A stretch of DNA of 48,056 bases, filler included, from Sphacelaria rigidula (Eukaryota), in the NCBI GenBank assembly GCA_964200075.2. It is 2 parts of 2 records of this genome, joined end to end, with 100 filler letters (N's around TTAATTAATTAA, not from the genome) between each part and the next. Parts side by side here need not be neighbours in the genome. Positions count along the whole stretch, not along the records: positions 24,080 to 48,056 come from CAXNAA020000234.1; 1 more part is not named here. One strand, given 5' to 3'. Under the pieces are notes generated by a model. The model had not been told where the DNA came from. It was given only the letters and a program-made list of their open reading frames with translations, and ran no database searches. Made by a program: the position numbers and the translations under genes. Shown piece after piece: positions 36,023 through 48,056 of this stretch. How positions within the stretch are numbered: position 1 is the first letter of the stretch; every line of letters starts with the position of its first letter.

Positions 36023-39000
36023 CTGGACGGACGCCGAGGAATAAAACAAAAAACAAAAAGCAAAAAGAGAGGCGAGACCGTGAGAGGCGTCGTCGTTTTC
36101 AACTTCACGATGCATTCAGCAGAATCCAGTAACCGAGAATTGATCCCTCGAGTCTCACCCAAGGTAGAGACAGCGCAAGGAACTGCGCTCATGTCTAGCC
36201 GCTGTTTGAGCCATCTGGTCCCGAAACACTTTTTTATTTCTTTCGCTGGGACGTGCCTATAATTGTGTATACAGCTGACCTATGAAAGTGAGGACTAAAA
36301 GCTCACTTGAAGCTGGGTGCGGAAGGCTTTAGCGGCAAAAATAACAACCTGCGCATCATCCCTGATGACCGCCCACGTCGATTCGACGGTCCGCAGACGA
36401 AATCTCGGCAACGTAATTCGGGTTCATTCGAAAGGTCAATGTTAGTATCGAAATTGGGAGGGGGGGGAACTGCGATTATGTGAAACCTCCAAGGACGTAG
36501 TACGAGATTGCTTTGCACGTGAAAACGTACGTAACTTGGAATTTCCCGATAGAAATTCTCAAATTAGCGTCTAAAATTGTTCACGACAGGAGCGAATCGA
36601 CTGTTCGAAAGTCTTTCTCACCGTCCTGATCTATTTTTCTTCCGGGGGGGGGACTCATGATCTTGCATGCCATACTCAGGAGATCATTGACCTCGCATCG
36701 CTGCAAAGCCGGGACAGAGCACGCCGGGTTTTCGCCGGACCAGGCTCGCAGTCAATCAACAAGCGCCCAGCGCCGCCATGTGTGCGGCGAGTCGCATCAA
36801 GAGTGGGTGTGAATGAAGGCGGATCATTGTGTCGAAAACTCAGTCGGGATGGCCAACTTGCCGAGGGAAATTAGGAGGGGGGCGTGGGGGGGGGGGGAGG
36901 GGACGGACGGACGGAAAAGAGGTCTTCGATCGGTCGATTTGCTCTCTCCCCAACATTTCGAGGCTCCATATCTCGTAACTCGAGTAACAATATCGTCGGA
37001 GACACTTTTTTTTCTCATCTTTCATGGCGGAACCAGCTCGTCGTCATGTCTTCAACCATATACCAGTATACGATATTTCAATTTTAAAATCTTGATGCAC
37101 CTTTGTCGTAACCACACACCTCATCCCCATGTATTGACAAAATGATTCCCCTCAGCTTTTCTGAGACCGAGTTTATATACGTGGAATGAACAGGCTGTCC
37201 AAAATACGCTTAGGCGCACACGAATTATGATAATGAGGACGCTTTGTGTGTACCGTCGGACCGTACGCGCGTTGATGCTACGTGGGGGGATATATTTTGA
37301 TAGCTTTTCGTGGGGTTACAGCGGGAATCATGTTCGGCTTCGTACAATCCGAAGTTCACCGTGTCGCGATGAACACGAGAAAATAATATTAGTAGCCTTC
37401 CAGATGTATGGCTGGGGAGGTTTCCGAATCCGCCAGTGTCTGCATGATGAGCTATTTCATGCAGCCATGATTTTTCACTCAAGCGTAAGTTGATCGTTGG
37501 GGAGTAAAAAGCGCGACACCAGCCCAGCCACAACATCACCCCGGCTGAAAAACCGCGATACTGGAGAAACGTGTAGTTATGAAGGCATGGACGGATAACA
37601 CACGGGCGTGGACGCTTTCCGGAGGCAATTAAAAAAAGGAGGAACTACAGCCAGTCGGTATGATCAAGCAGCAACTACTCCGACCGCCCTGACGAGCCTG
37701 TCTGACCAGCAAGTTGGGCGGCAAGGGATAAGCCGTTCACCAACTACGGCAAAACCATCTTACTTTTACTTTCGCATCTTCGATGGTTGCAAAGAACCAC
37801 CTGTGCCCTGTTTATGTGGGTACGAACGGGTCCGTCCGTCCGTGAGTAATCGCGGGGCGGTGGAGGGGGGGTACTCATACTCATGTAATCAGGGGTAGGG
37901 AGGAGGCGACGCGATATTCACTTTTTTGGCGAGGGGTTCTTCGCGGAAATCGGATCGCGGCAGGTGTCGTGCAAGGGTTTTTTGGTGCGAGAGACAGATG
38001 CTGCTGAGCACACCGGCGACGACTTCAACAGAGACGTCTCAAACTCCAGGCTCCCAGTACATTCAAAAGTAAATTACTGTCAAGTATGTTCCTGTTCAAC
38101 ATACCGCGAACCTCGCAGTTGAGGTAACTCTAATGGGAGTGAACAAAGCTCCACCCACAACTGAGCGATCAAGTCACGATTCAAGTTACTACTTCGCCAT
38201 TTTCGGATGGAGCAGCCAACCCTGCCACGTCACAAGTCACCCACCGTCTTCGGTCTCACCCCAGGCACGAACGGGGCATCTTGCACGGCGGAATAAATTC
38301 CCGTGCGGGATAATTCAAATTCAGCACACCCATCGCACCTATATCGCATCGCAAAATAATAGGGAACCATGTACGGCTTTTACTCTGTTGCTGATCACGA
38401 CAGCGAAGAACTCTCGGAAGGGTCAAGGCTCAGCAGAAAGTGGGTACATGCGATGATCAAAACCCCGTGTTTCACCTCCCGCGTTCGTGGGGTTCTCGTG
38501 AAATAGAACTTCACGCAAGGAACCTAACCAGCATCGGAGAAACACCCCGGGCGATGTGTTCCCACAGCTACAGGAATGTTGTGATTGCCCGTGCCCACAA
38601 CAGCTCTAGCAAAATACATATATTATCGCTCTGGGCGCAACACGAGGATTTTTTGGGTCGAACTCAGTCCGCATGCTACATGGTAGAGGGCAACATCGCA
38701 GAATTCTTCATATCAAGCGTGAGAATACCACACAAAATGCACTGCACTCCTATCGGTTGCATTACCGACGGACATCAATTCCACAAGCGCGCACAAAGCG
38801 TAAACCTTCACACGGAAGTGTGTCAGATACAAATTGGTGGTTGTGATCACATGTACATATATATATATATGAGGTAAGCTCACGCGACAGTTGGACGCAG
38901 AGGATAATGGTTGACGCATTATATCTCAACTTCGATCTTCGTCGAACTCTAGACACAACTACAACCTCTACCCAATGCATCCCGGGATTCCTGGAGGATG

Positions 39001-41254
39001 AAGGTTACAGGGAGTGAGTGCCCTTGGAACAGGGTGCGTTGTGGCAGGTCAACTCGCCCCCCCCCTGCGGGCGCTGCTGACTACCTAGGACTGTCAACCC
39101 CCGAAAAATCCGAAAATGATAGTTTAGACTGAAAACAACTAGTTCTTCAATTCATTCTTTTGATCACGTATGTGAAGACAACAACTCAAGTGATCTCCGA
39201 TAGCACCCCACTCAGTACCGGCCGCGATAGGAAGATATGGCACATTGACCTATTGCAGCTGCGGAATGGTACGACTCATGAGTATCAGTCACGTATGCAT
39301 TTTGTCCAGAAGCTGCCGGTAACCCCGGGGCTTATGCGTACTCATGACTAACCGCAAGCATGATTAACAGCAAGGGCGTGAGGCATCTGTGTATGTGTCA
39401 TAAGGTCGCAACATCAGAACATTTCCACCACAAGGCGTATGACCAGTGTAGAGAAGGAACGCGAACGTGTACTTTTAAACGAAATTTGTCCTGCTAATAC
39501 TGTGCCTCCAGTAATGGCTGGTCAAATTGGTTCAAACATGGCGCGCCATGTGCATGCCACCTTTGCACATGAATACAGCCGCGTTGTCGGCAAAACCTGT
39601 GGCTTTGTTGGTGAACTGCTGCCGCGCCACGAATCAGAATCTAGGTGGCTTGTTTCCTGTTGTCAGGTCTCAGCAGTTGGATGTGCGGCACAGTATTTTT
39701 CAGTCAAGACAGAGGGCACTAAGGTCTGTCCTGCCATCTCTGGGTGCGCTCCGTCAATGTGCACAACGCCATGCATACACGGAAGCCCGCGGTTGCATTG
39801 AGACATCGGCAACGGGTTCGATGGCAAATGTGATCATCAAACACATACATTTGCCTATTTTGAGCTTGACGCAGAGGGTCAATGCTGACTCTAAACTGTA
39901 ATGAGCGTGAACAAGATCCATGTGTGATTGTCCTGAGTCGACTGTAGGGCAAGTATGATTCCCGCATCACCCCACAGAAATTGTTCCGCGAGACTGTCAA
40001 CCAGAAATATTGTTCCAACAATGGGTGTCGCGCCCAAAGGACTGAAAGTGACTGAAAACAGGTGCACTGGTTAAAAACGTACTTCAGGTAGAATGTCTAG
40101 GTCAGAAGAGAGCCCTCCGCATAGGCCGGATATCGTGCTGTTTTACCCTTACTTTTGCTCTACCGCAACGGAGAGCCAGTACGTACTTGACGCCAAAGGC
40201 CGGCATCAATTATGTACCAGTAGAACTTTCACAAATAATGAGAATCACTTCAACAGATTTTTCGGAACACAAATACGTCTCAGACATGGCATGTCGCAAT
40301 CATAAAAGCAAGATGATGGAAAAACTACAACGGGCACACTTGTAGTTCGAGTACGGCGACGTCCATCTTTCATTCTTCACCAGGGGAGGAAAACAGGAAA
40401 CCTCGATGATGTCGGGGTACGCCTGGCGTTTCGCTTCACGTGCATTTACTGTAAGTATTTAGAAAGGCTTCATTTTCGGACCGACAGCAAGCTATCACTG
40501 CTACTAATCAGCGCCGATGAAATGAGTAAACTGTTCCCAATTGTGGCATATTTACAAACCCATGAACACCAAGACAGTAGAGGAGTTTCACATTGCACTT
40601 CATCGAGAAGTACGGCGACAAATTGTGAATTTGTGACACTGTTTTCTGGTGCACGTCAAGCTTGCGTTTCACCATCATAGCAGACAGACTCTATTTTATT
40701 CAGCGACGACGGTGTGGAGGATGGAAAAAGCAGGGTAAACCTTGGTACACCAGGAACATACGCCGTTCCAGAAGAAAAATCTCTGGATATCAGCCAGGTG
40801 GAACTACTGCGAACTGCGCCAATCAGTTACGACTCACGTCTAACTAAAACAAGAATATCTTGGGGTAGACTGACTCACGCAGTAGGATATAGGAAATATG
40901 TATAAACCTACACCAAGCACCTGAAGATGGTCGCTTGCTAACCGACAACTACAGCCTACTCCTAAATCCACGCCCCAAAACAACCGAAGAGCAAAATAAC
41001 ACAATAATCTACGTGCTCATTATTTGCCTCGCCTCAATTTTCAAATTAAAGGTGAAACCGGTAGTCACAGCCACAGCAATTTTGCTGACTGGGTGAGACG
41101 GGTGTGTCACCAGACAAGGGGCTCCAGCTGTGAGGTAACTCGAGTCTCCGAGATGAGTCGTTGACACAAACTCACCACACTGAAATAGATAAAAGCGCTC
41201 GGTGTGTTAGAGTACACTCACTTCTCAATCTGCGGTCTTCGATTTGGTTAAGGT

Positions 41255-41299
41255 TCAGCTGCCCCAGGTGCATGCAGGGGGTGCTATTTGGCCAGGAGC
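41255..41299 (-). CDS. Possible third exon of the I9 gene (APGQIAPPACTWGS*), either terminal or frameshifted
   Basis: CAG acceptor after a 100-nt intron; in-frame TGA at 41255-41257. Confidence 0.35.
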   Translation of the reverse strand, partial: APGQIAPPACTWGS

Positions 41300-41399
41300 C
41301 TGGTGTTGTGCTTTAAATATAATTTCATCAATTTCCAGGGGGGCGGACCCGTTGGGGTTTCGGATTCTTCTTGCTTGTTGGGTGTCCCCTGTCTCTCAC

Positions 41400-41486
41400 C
41401 TGCAACGTCTCAATGAGCAACTCCTTGCTCAACGCACTGACAACGCGATTCTCGACCACTTTGAGGACTCGGTGATCTAGTCGGAC
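41400..41486 (-). CDS. Second I9-like exon (VRLDHRVLKVVENRVVSALSKELLIETLQ)
   Basis: GCAG acceptor, CAG|GTGAGA donor, phase 0/0. It resembles the I9 C-terminal L..DP.V..VE.D..V strand. Confidence 0.7.
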
Positions 41487-42017
41487 CTGCGTATTGATTA
41501 CATGGGCGTTTGCAAAAAACAAATCTCCTTGCTTTCTTGTTCTCGGTCGTGTATGATTTACAGAAACATGAAAGTCAAATGTCAGAACACGCAGGAAAAA
41601 ATATTGAAGACAGTAAGGAGTGAAAGAGGGTGGGGGGATGAAGGGGGGAGATCGAGGACGACAAAATTAGTACTGTACCGACCCGGCAAATGGTTCCACT
41701 TTGACGTCAGAGGGCACGGGGCACGAAAACCAACGAACCCAGAATGCTAGCAGGTACATGAGCTTGGCAACCTCGGCAGACTAAAAGTATCATCAGCCTC
41801 TCCTGCATAACGAAGAGCCAACCCCCGAAACGAGCCATACTGACTGTGGATAATCAATCTATCGTCGAGGGTGAAATGCCTCCGCTCTCTTCAAACATAC
41901 AAAAAATCTCGGAAAACCACACACAAGTTTCCTCACACATACACGACACACTCGCATAATGAAGCAACCGGGTACAAAGACACACAGGACCACGTGCACT
42001 CTATACTTGATACTAAC

Positions 42018-42248
42018 CTCATCGGCCTTCTGCAAAGGCACGCGGTCAACTGCGAATCCCGTAAAAATGGAGCCATAAGTAAACGTGGGCTTGTATCCCT
42101 TGAGCACGGAAGACAACATTTCGTAGGGAGCCACGGTGGGCTGTAGAATCACGATATATGACTCCGGGATTCGCTTTTCTCCAATCGCAGCTGCTGCCGG
42201 CGCCCGCAGAGGCCGGCTGGCATGCGATGCTCGTGGCCCATTCGTCAT
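42018..42248 (-). CDS. Exon encoding the first part of a peptidase inhibitor I9 (subtilisin propeptide)-like domain
   Basis: RIPESYIVILQP...YKPTFTYGSIFTGFAVDRVPLQKADE matches the I9 pattern YIVxL...xYxxxFxGFA. Donor GAG|GTTAGT. The 5' boundary is uncertain. Confidence 0.7.
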
Positions 42249-42719
42249 TTTCCCCCTTTCCTTCGCTCTAAAAGAAGTTTTCCCCTTCCCCAGCCCCTAC
42301 GCTAAAAGCTGGTGGGTCCTTCGTCCTGCTCCTTTCTAGCCTAGCGTCCGATACTTGATCGCGTACTGGCTCACGCTCGGGTAAAAATGTGTGGGAGGTT
42401 TGCTATGAGACGGCCCAATAAAGTTCCTTGTCCGCTGTGCGCCAGCCAGTATTGCTGTGTGGAGATTTCTAATTTTTTCACACTACATGTACTCCAGCCA
42501 CTAATAGCTGCCTCTGTTGTCGTATATATCCCCCTTCTTCTTTATATAACCAAAGCTGGTGCCTCAATACCACGGTAGATGCCTGCGTGTCTGCTTGTTT
42601 GGTGAGAGTCTTTGAGGCAAGAATGTGCTTTTTCTGCTTTCGATTTTCTAGCCCTACCCATGAGGTTTGATGACCACGGATCTGCTGAAAAAGTTCAATC
42701 TAGGATGACTACATAAAAT

Positions 42720-42908
42720 ATGAAATACTACTTGCAATACGTCAACAACTCAGGAATGAAGTCGCTGATGAAGGATATCAAGTGTACAGCAGTACTACTC
42801 GCGCTGGGGTGTGTACTTGGCATAGGTGAATCATGGAAAACTAGATCCCGTTCCTCATCTTCAAATGAGAAGGCGGGGCATGTCCGAGTGCTGTTGGAAG
42901 ACGTGAAG
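42720..42908 (+). CDS. Possible first exon with a signal-peptide-like stretch, divergent from the I9 gene
   Basis: MKSLMKDIKCTAVLLALGCVLGIGES hydrophobic segment and an AAG|GTGCGG donor; I found no compatible downstream exon. Confidence 0.25.
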
Positions 42909-44739
42909 GTGCGGTACAAACCAAAGCCGATTGGCGTCTTCTTTCTCTCAGGTTGTGCGATATGTGAACACTTGCATCAGGATAAGAACCTGTGCGGACA
43001 ATGCAGCGATGCGAGTCAACTGTGTAATATGTGGTTTATTCAATAGCTCGTTTCCTGCTATATGCCTAGTTGTAGCTAGTAGAGCTTCTATTGTGTATAC
43101 TAACGATACCGCAGACTATAGTTGAATGAACCATAATAATAGTACAAGGTACTATAGTTGTAAAATGTGAAGTATACAACACAACAGTACCTGACTATAC
43201 GGTACAGAGCAGGCACCCCAGTGCATTTTCAGGGATAGGGGTTCTCCCTACTCGAAAACGCACCGGAAACAACCCGGGGGTACTGCCCGTCCTAGTTTCA
43301 CATCCAAAATTCATGGTTGAACATACTTTATTTTTTGTCTAATAACGCTCTTCCTCGCCCAAGACCCAACTCAAGGCAGATCGAGATTCCTCGGGCAAGG
43401 GTGATACACACGAAGAGCGCGTTGTGTGTGTGTGTGTTTGTTGTCGTCCCATTTATTCTGGGCGCCGTTGACAATGCTAATATATCGGAGCCAAAATGGA
43501 TGTGAAGCACGCTGGGGTCCCATCGGAACTGTGAACCTCGCAAAGATCCGAGTACGATGGTTGTTAACCCTTGGACAGCGGTGCGGGTAGTCCATCAGGA
43601 TCCCGTATACTTTTTTCTAGTGAATACTGATACCGATTCAGCAGGTGACCTAGCCTCGCGTTCAAAGAGTTAATCATGGATTGGGCGAGTCGGGTTGGGA
43701 CAATCTTCGTTGGTGAGAACTTTCGACTGTCGATTCGTACTGTTTTCAGATGTTTATTTTTAATTCGAAAATATGGTTATTTATAGATATAGTTTTGGCA
43801 GTTGGGCCTTCACAAAAATACACCGCTCATCAGAGAAAACGCTGAAAGAAACATACCTCGTCTTGTAGTTCGAACTACCATAATATACTACAGTACAGAT
43901 AGTCGGGGGAACACGTTCAGGGACCAAAAGGCGACACCTCCAGGGAAGTGAAGCGGACCTGCTGCTACATGAACACAATTCAACAGCTGAGGCCCACTGC
44001 CCCCAATCAAATGTCAAGCATATGACAAGCCGTAGCTGATGAGCTGAGTATGATGCCCTTCGTTTGGGTGTTTCGTCGTTGGATCATTTGATGAGGTTTA
44101 CATTACCAGCATGATCGCGAGTATGGGTACCAGACGCCTCACAAATAATATAACGCCCACTCATGGTCAACAAGTACGTATGTAACGGCATTTTTTTTTG
44201 CATCGATATAGCTAGGCTAATGCCCCTCCGCCGACGCCGAATGGATTTCCGTAACGAAGAGTGATGTCTGCGGTTGAGCGAGGGCTAGGGTCTGTGAGTA
44301 CTCGTTTGCTCTCCTTCTCGCCGGATTTTTATTTATTTGTTTTCGTGTCATTTCCTATTCGGACCTACGTCCAGTCCGCAAATTAAAACATGCCCACTTT
44401 TTCAGTTTTGAGTCCCATGTCGCCCATTTATGGAGTTTATGGCGAACGGGGTTAGTTTTGTGGCGTACAGTACAAACAAACAGTGCTGTTGTTGTCAGCG
44501 AATGCTCCCGGGGGAATGATCTCAAGAGCTTCGAGGTCACATATGTACTATAGTTCTCACATATGAGGCGGTGATTTGAATTTCCCCTTCCTCTCACCGT
44601 CAGTAGCGGCCGCACGGCGAGTCACCTGTTGAATTGACATGGTCGCTTTTGGCTCGAGGATTTATGGATTTATCAAGAGTAGCAGAGATTCGCGAGAAAA
44701 ACAGAGAAAAAAACAAAAGCAAAATGACAAAGCTGACTG

Positions 44740-47030
44740 CAACCCCTCGGTGTATCACCGTCGCGCTTGGGAGCTCGGGCTATCGAGCTTACTCGGGAAC
44801 CTTGTCCAAGGTTATTGACCTGCTGAGGAGCTGGTCAACCAAAAGGAAGAACGCTAGTTAGGAAAATTATTCATTATTATTATTATTTTCGCGCGTTTGT
44901 CCGATCTCTCGAACCCGTGGTCAATGACATAGGCTCGTATTTCCAATACCGTCCCTGCCATCCCCTACAAAAGATGGAGTCCTCCGTAATTTTTTCAGAG
45001 ACTCCAGCCTAATTATATGACCAAACGCAATCAACTAAAATATTACCAAAATGAATAGAAGAAGAGAGAGACGCCAAGAAAAACATGAGAATTAGCTTTA
45101 CCGAGTTCAACGGGGTGAAGAAAAAAAAAAACTAAAAGCACACCGACAAAAAAGGGAAATAAAGGAAAAGGCAAGAGAAGACAGAGGACACAAAGGGATT
45201 CGCAGGGCCACCGGGCTGGGGGCAACTCAGAAAATATCCTCAGGCACACTCATGGATCACGACCATAGCTGTTCGGAGAAACCGCAGACGTACCAGTGAG
45301 TGTACCTCCCGATGGACTAGTGGTTACTTTTCGAGGGTCCTCGGCAGGCACTGGGGGAGCTCTAGTGGTAGCACAGCAGAAAGTTCCTCAGCGTGTCATA
45401 GCACATGAGGAGTAGCCTCAAGTGAAAAACAGGACGGAACAAAAACAAAAACAAGCAGGAAAAATGAAAGGGAAGGCACTGAGGAGAAAGACAAGAAGTG
45501 ACGAAATAAACCTAGAAATGGCGGACCCCTGCAGCAGGCTTCAGGTGAATTGGGCCGTGCGTGAAAAGCACATTTGATCGTCGCACTTTAACTGACCCCC
45601 TAGGGGTCCAGCCGTGGTCTCAAGATATATGCACCCATGTGAAATAGCAGAGTGCGGCTCACCTATTTCGCAACGTGCTCCTTGGGCATGAGCTCTCACC
45701 CATGCCCTGCGGGAGCAAGGCACCAAACTGTTACTCTATAACACTCGGGAAAGAAACAGGAGACAAGAGGGATATGACGGAAGTGATGAAACTCGAGGAT
45801 AAAAGTAGATCATGTCCAAGGGCACAACCAGGAACACCGCAAGACCATAAAGCCAAGAATTAAGTCAACAACCGCTATCTGGGGCTACCCGTCAGTGATG
45901 GTTGACCCCCCCCCCTGTGGTGCTGCTCAACGCTTCGGCGGTTCGATGTTGTGTCCATCGCTGTCTCCCCTGGTTCTCAAAATTCCTTCTCCAACTACTG
46001 GCAGGTCGATGGCCGTAATACGAACTCGGCGCCTTCGCCGCCGGTTCCAATTATACCGTCAACGTCTGTGATTTCCAGCGGCCTGCCGTTTGGATTTTCA
46101 GCAAGGCTCCTCTTCGCGCTCATAAGTGGGTGACTCGGCCTGTGCTGTCCAAGCATAAGTGCAACGTATACTTCGATGGGTCTCTACCAAAGCAACCGAG
46201 TTGCTGTCTGAGTGCTAGGTTGCTTCGGTTCACGTAATTCCCTTCCACACTGTCACGTCATTGGTTTGCATCAGGCACGCCTGTGCACGTCGGTGTGGGT
46301 GCAGATCTAGTGATTCCGACAGAAGTTCAAGCGCACCGGCGTTTTTCTGATCGCAGGCTTGTATCTACTCTCTTTCTGGACCCCAGCACCCCTTGGCATG
46401 TATGAACGTCTTTCAAGGCCTCAATGTGGCTTCTACAGTACCCGCCAGATCTATGTCGTCTCATGATAGTGGGCATCAATCCCTGTGAAAAACCAGGTCT
46501 CATCTGGTCGAGCAAAATTCGGGGTGTACAATACCTCTTCGTCGTCGTGTGTCCATGTTTCTGACGTTCTGGACCCTAGGAAGCACGACAGAGAAAGGCT
46601 AATCCACTAAACGCGGCTCTCTGCTGACCCCTTTCCACCCCCGAAATCGGCGTTCAGCATCTCATGTGTTTACGGTTTACGGATCCCGCTCGTGACGTCC
46701 GACTTCACGTGCGCTCTGTCGATACCCTCTTAGACGATTTGTCAGAGTATCCAGTGCCGAGTGCATGGCTCCCATCCCGCCCCACATATTGCTGCTGTTC
46801 TGAATGGCGGATATGTCGGAGCGTACCGTCGAACTCTGGTCAAGATTACAACAACTCGGCTCGCCATGATCGTGGTCAGCGAGATCACCGCGGCAGTGGC
46901 CGTGTCCCCGTCTTCCCTCCGCATGAAGACGGGCACCTCTCGGTCCTCCCTCCATTTTTGTCACACTGTACCCCAAACTGTCCAATATGTTCCCATCATT
47001 TCGTACTGCCGCCCACCGGGGCGACTGTAA
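44740..47030 (-). pseudogene. Series of exon-like GC-rich blocks with acceptors but interrupted frames
   Basis: Acceptor-like sites near 44820, 45418, 46140 and 47025. Coding-like stretches such as NPNGRPLEITDVDGIIGTGGEGAEFVLRP are broken by stops. No recognisable family. Confidence 0.25.
44867..44960 (-). mobile_element. Second copy of the (AAT)n-tailed retroposon end
   Basis: Matches 24228-24310. Confidence 0.65.
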
Positions 47031-47978
47031 GGCAGTGTAAACCAACTCCTTTTCCCCCACTGTGAATCTCCATCTTGTCTTCCTGGCCTGGGGGAGAGTA
47101 GGACGTGAAGGGTAAGGGTATGGCTTTGCGGTTAGTCTTCTTGTTTGGCTATGATGGTTCCCAGATCATCATCTAGTCTTCCTTTTGGAAGGGGTCTTGC
47201 AGAGTTGGTTGGAGCATATATTTTCATCAGCTCCTTACACTGTGGAAATTTTTGTCCAAGTTTCCCCGGGAAGCGGTTCACGCTTTGTTGCACTTGTTAT
47301 GGAGGCCACCTCGAGATACTGTCGGCGAGCGTGTTGTCTACACCTTGCATGTGTTTGGCAACCGAACACCGATCTGAGGTGAATTCCATCTGCTCCATCA
47401 TTCTCATAATTAGGCCAGCGCGTCTGCCTAGTAAACCGCCGCAATCTATGATCCCAGGACACGGTCGGGATATAATCTCCTCTAATCAGCACTGGCTCAC
47501 CGCACTCATTGACGCCTTTGTCTATGGAATTTGAACAAGGCAGGCCATCACGAGACCACCCCGCCAGAATCCACGGGAGGGGGCGCGTACTTATTTGTTG
47601 AGTACCCCCCCCCCGCCCCCAGAACCCACAATCGTGAACACTTGAATCGTGCGGTTTTGAACATATGTAAAAAACTTCCGAGTATCTCCATCATCGTATT
47701 GGCAGTGCATTTTATTTTTCGCCTTGATTCTTATTTTTTTGCCCGTGTGTACAGTAAACCTTTTAATTCTTATATCCGCAGCCAAACTTTTGGGTCTTGA
47801 TTAGCACTTATCGTTACATTGCTCAACACACGTTCGCTACGTCGGCGTTCGACAGGAAGATCCGCTTGTCCAGAATGCTTTTGCTCTCGGTCGTAAAATT
47901 TCGTTCGTCCGACAATTTGGTTAGCTCTTCCCCCACAAAGATAATTGGATATTTCGTCGGTTTGGTATCGCCGCATAC

Positions 47979-48039
47979 TCCCCCCCCCCCCCCCCCCCCC
48001 CTCCCCCCCTCCTCCTCACCCCCCACTACCCCCCCCCCC
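47979..48039 (+). repeat. Poly-C rich tract at the window end
   Basis: Direct observation. Confidence 0.9.
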
Positions 48040-48056
48040 TGGGCGCCCCCTCCTCT

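Overview
Eukaryotic genomic DNA: intron-rich, repeat-rich and gene-poor. It is most consistent with a brown alga or another stramenopile, an inference from the kinase sequence, the GT-AG intron architecture and the repeat style. The one clearly intact gene is a minus-strand casein kinase I. It has seven well-supported coding exons between 17375 and 8546, three probable C-terminal exons down to 4893, and a probable upstream 5' exon near 19256-19400. The right half holds spliceable exons of a peptidase-inhibitor I9 (subtilase propeptide) domain followed by possible decayed subtilase remnants, exons of an unidentified gene (36022-34088) and further pseudogene-like fragments. The rest is mobile-element debris: a tRNA-derived SINE family (4 copies plus a fragment), several long foldback MITEs (one with a perfect TTA target-site duplication), (AAT)n-tailed retroposon ends and microsatellites. 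An artificial 100-nt gap linker lies at 23980-24079, so adjacency across it is not guaranteed. The main leads are a possible ACG-initiated N-terminal extension of CK1 carrying an NLS-like motif, the I9-only or dying subtilase locus, and a possible origin in a brown-algal U/V sex-determining region.
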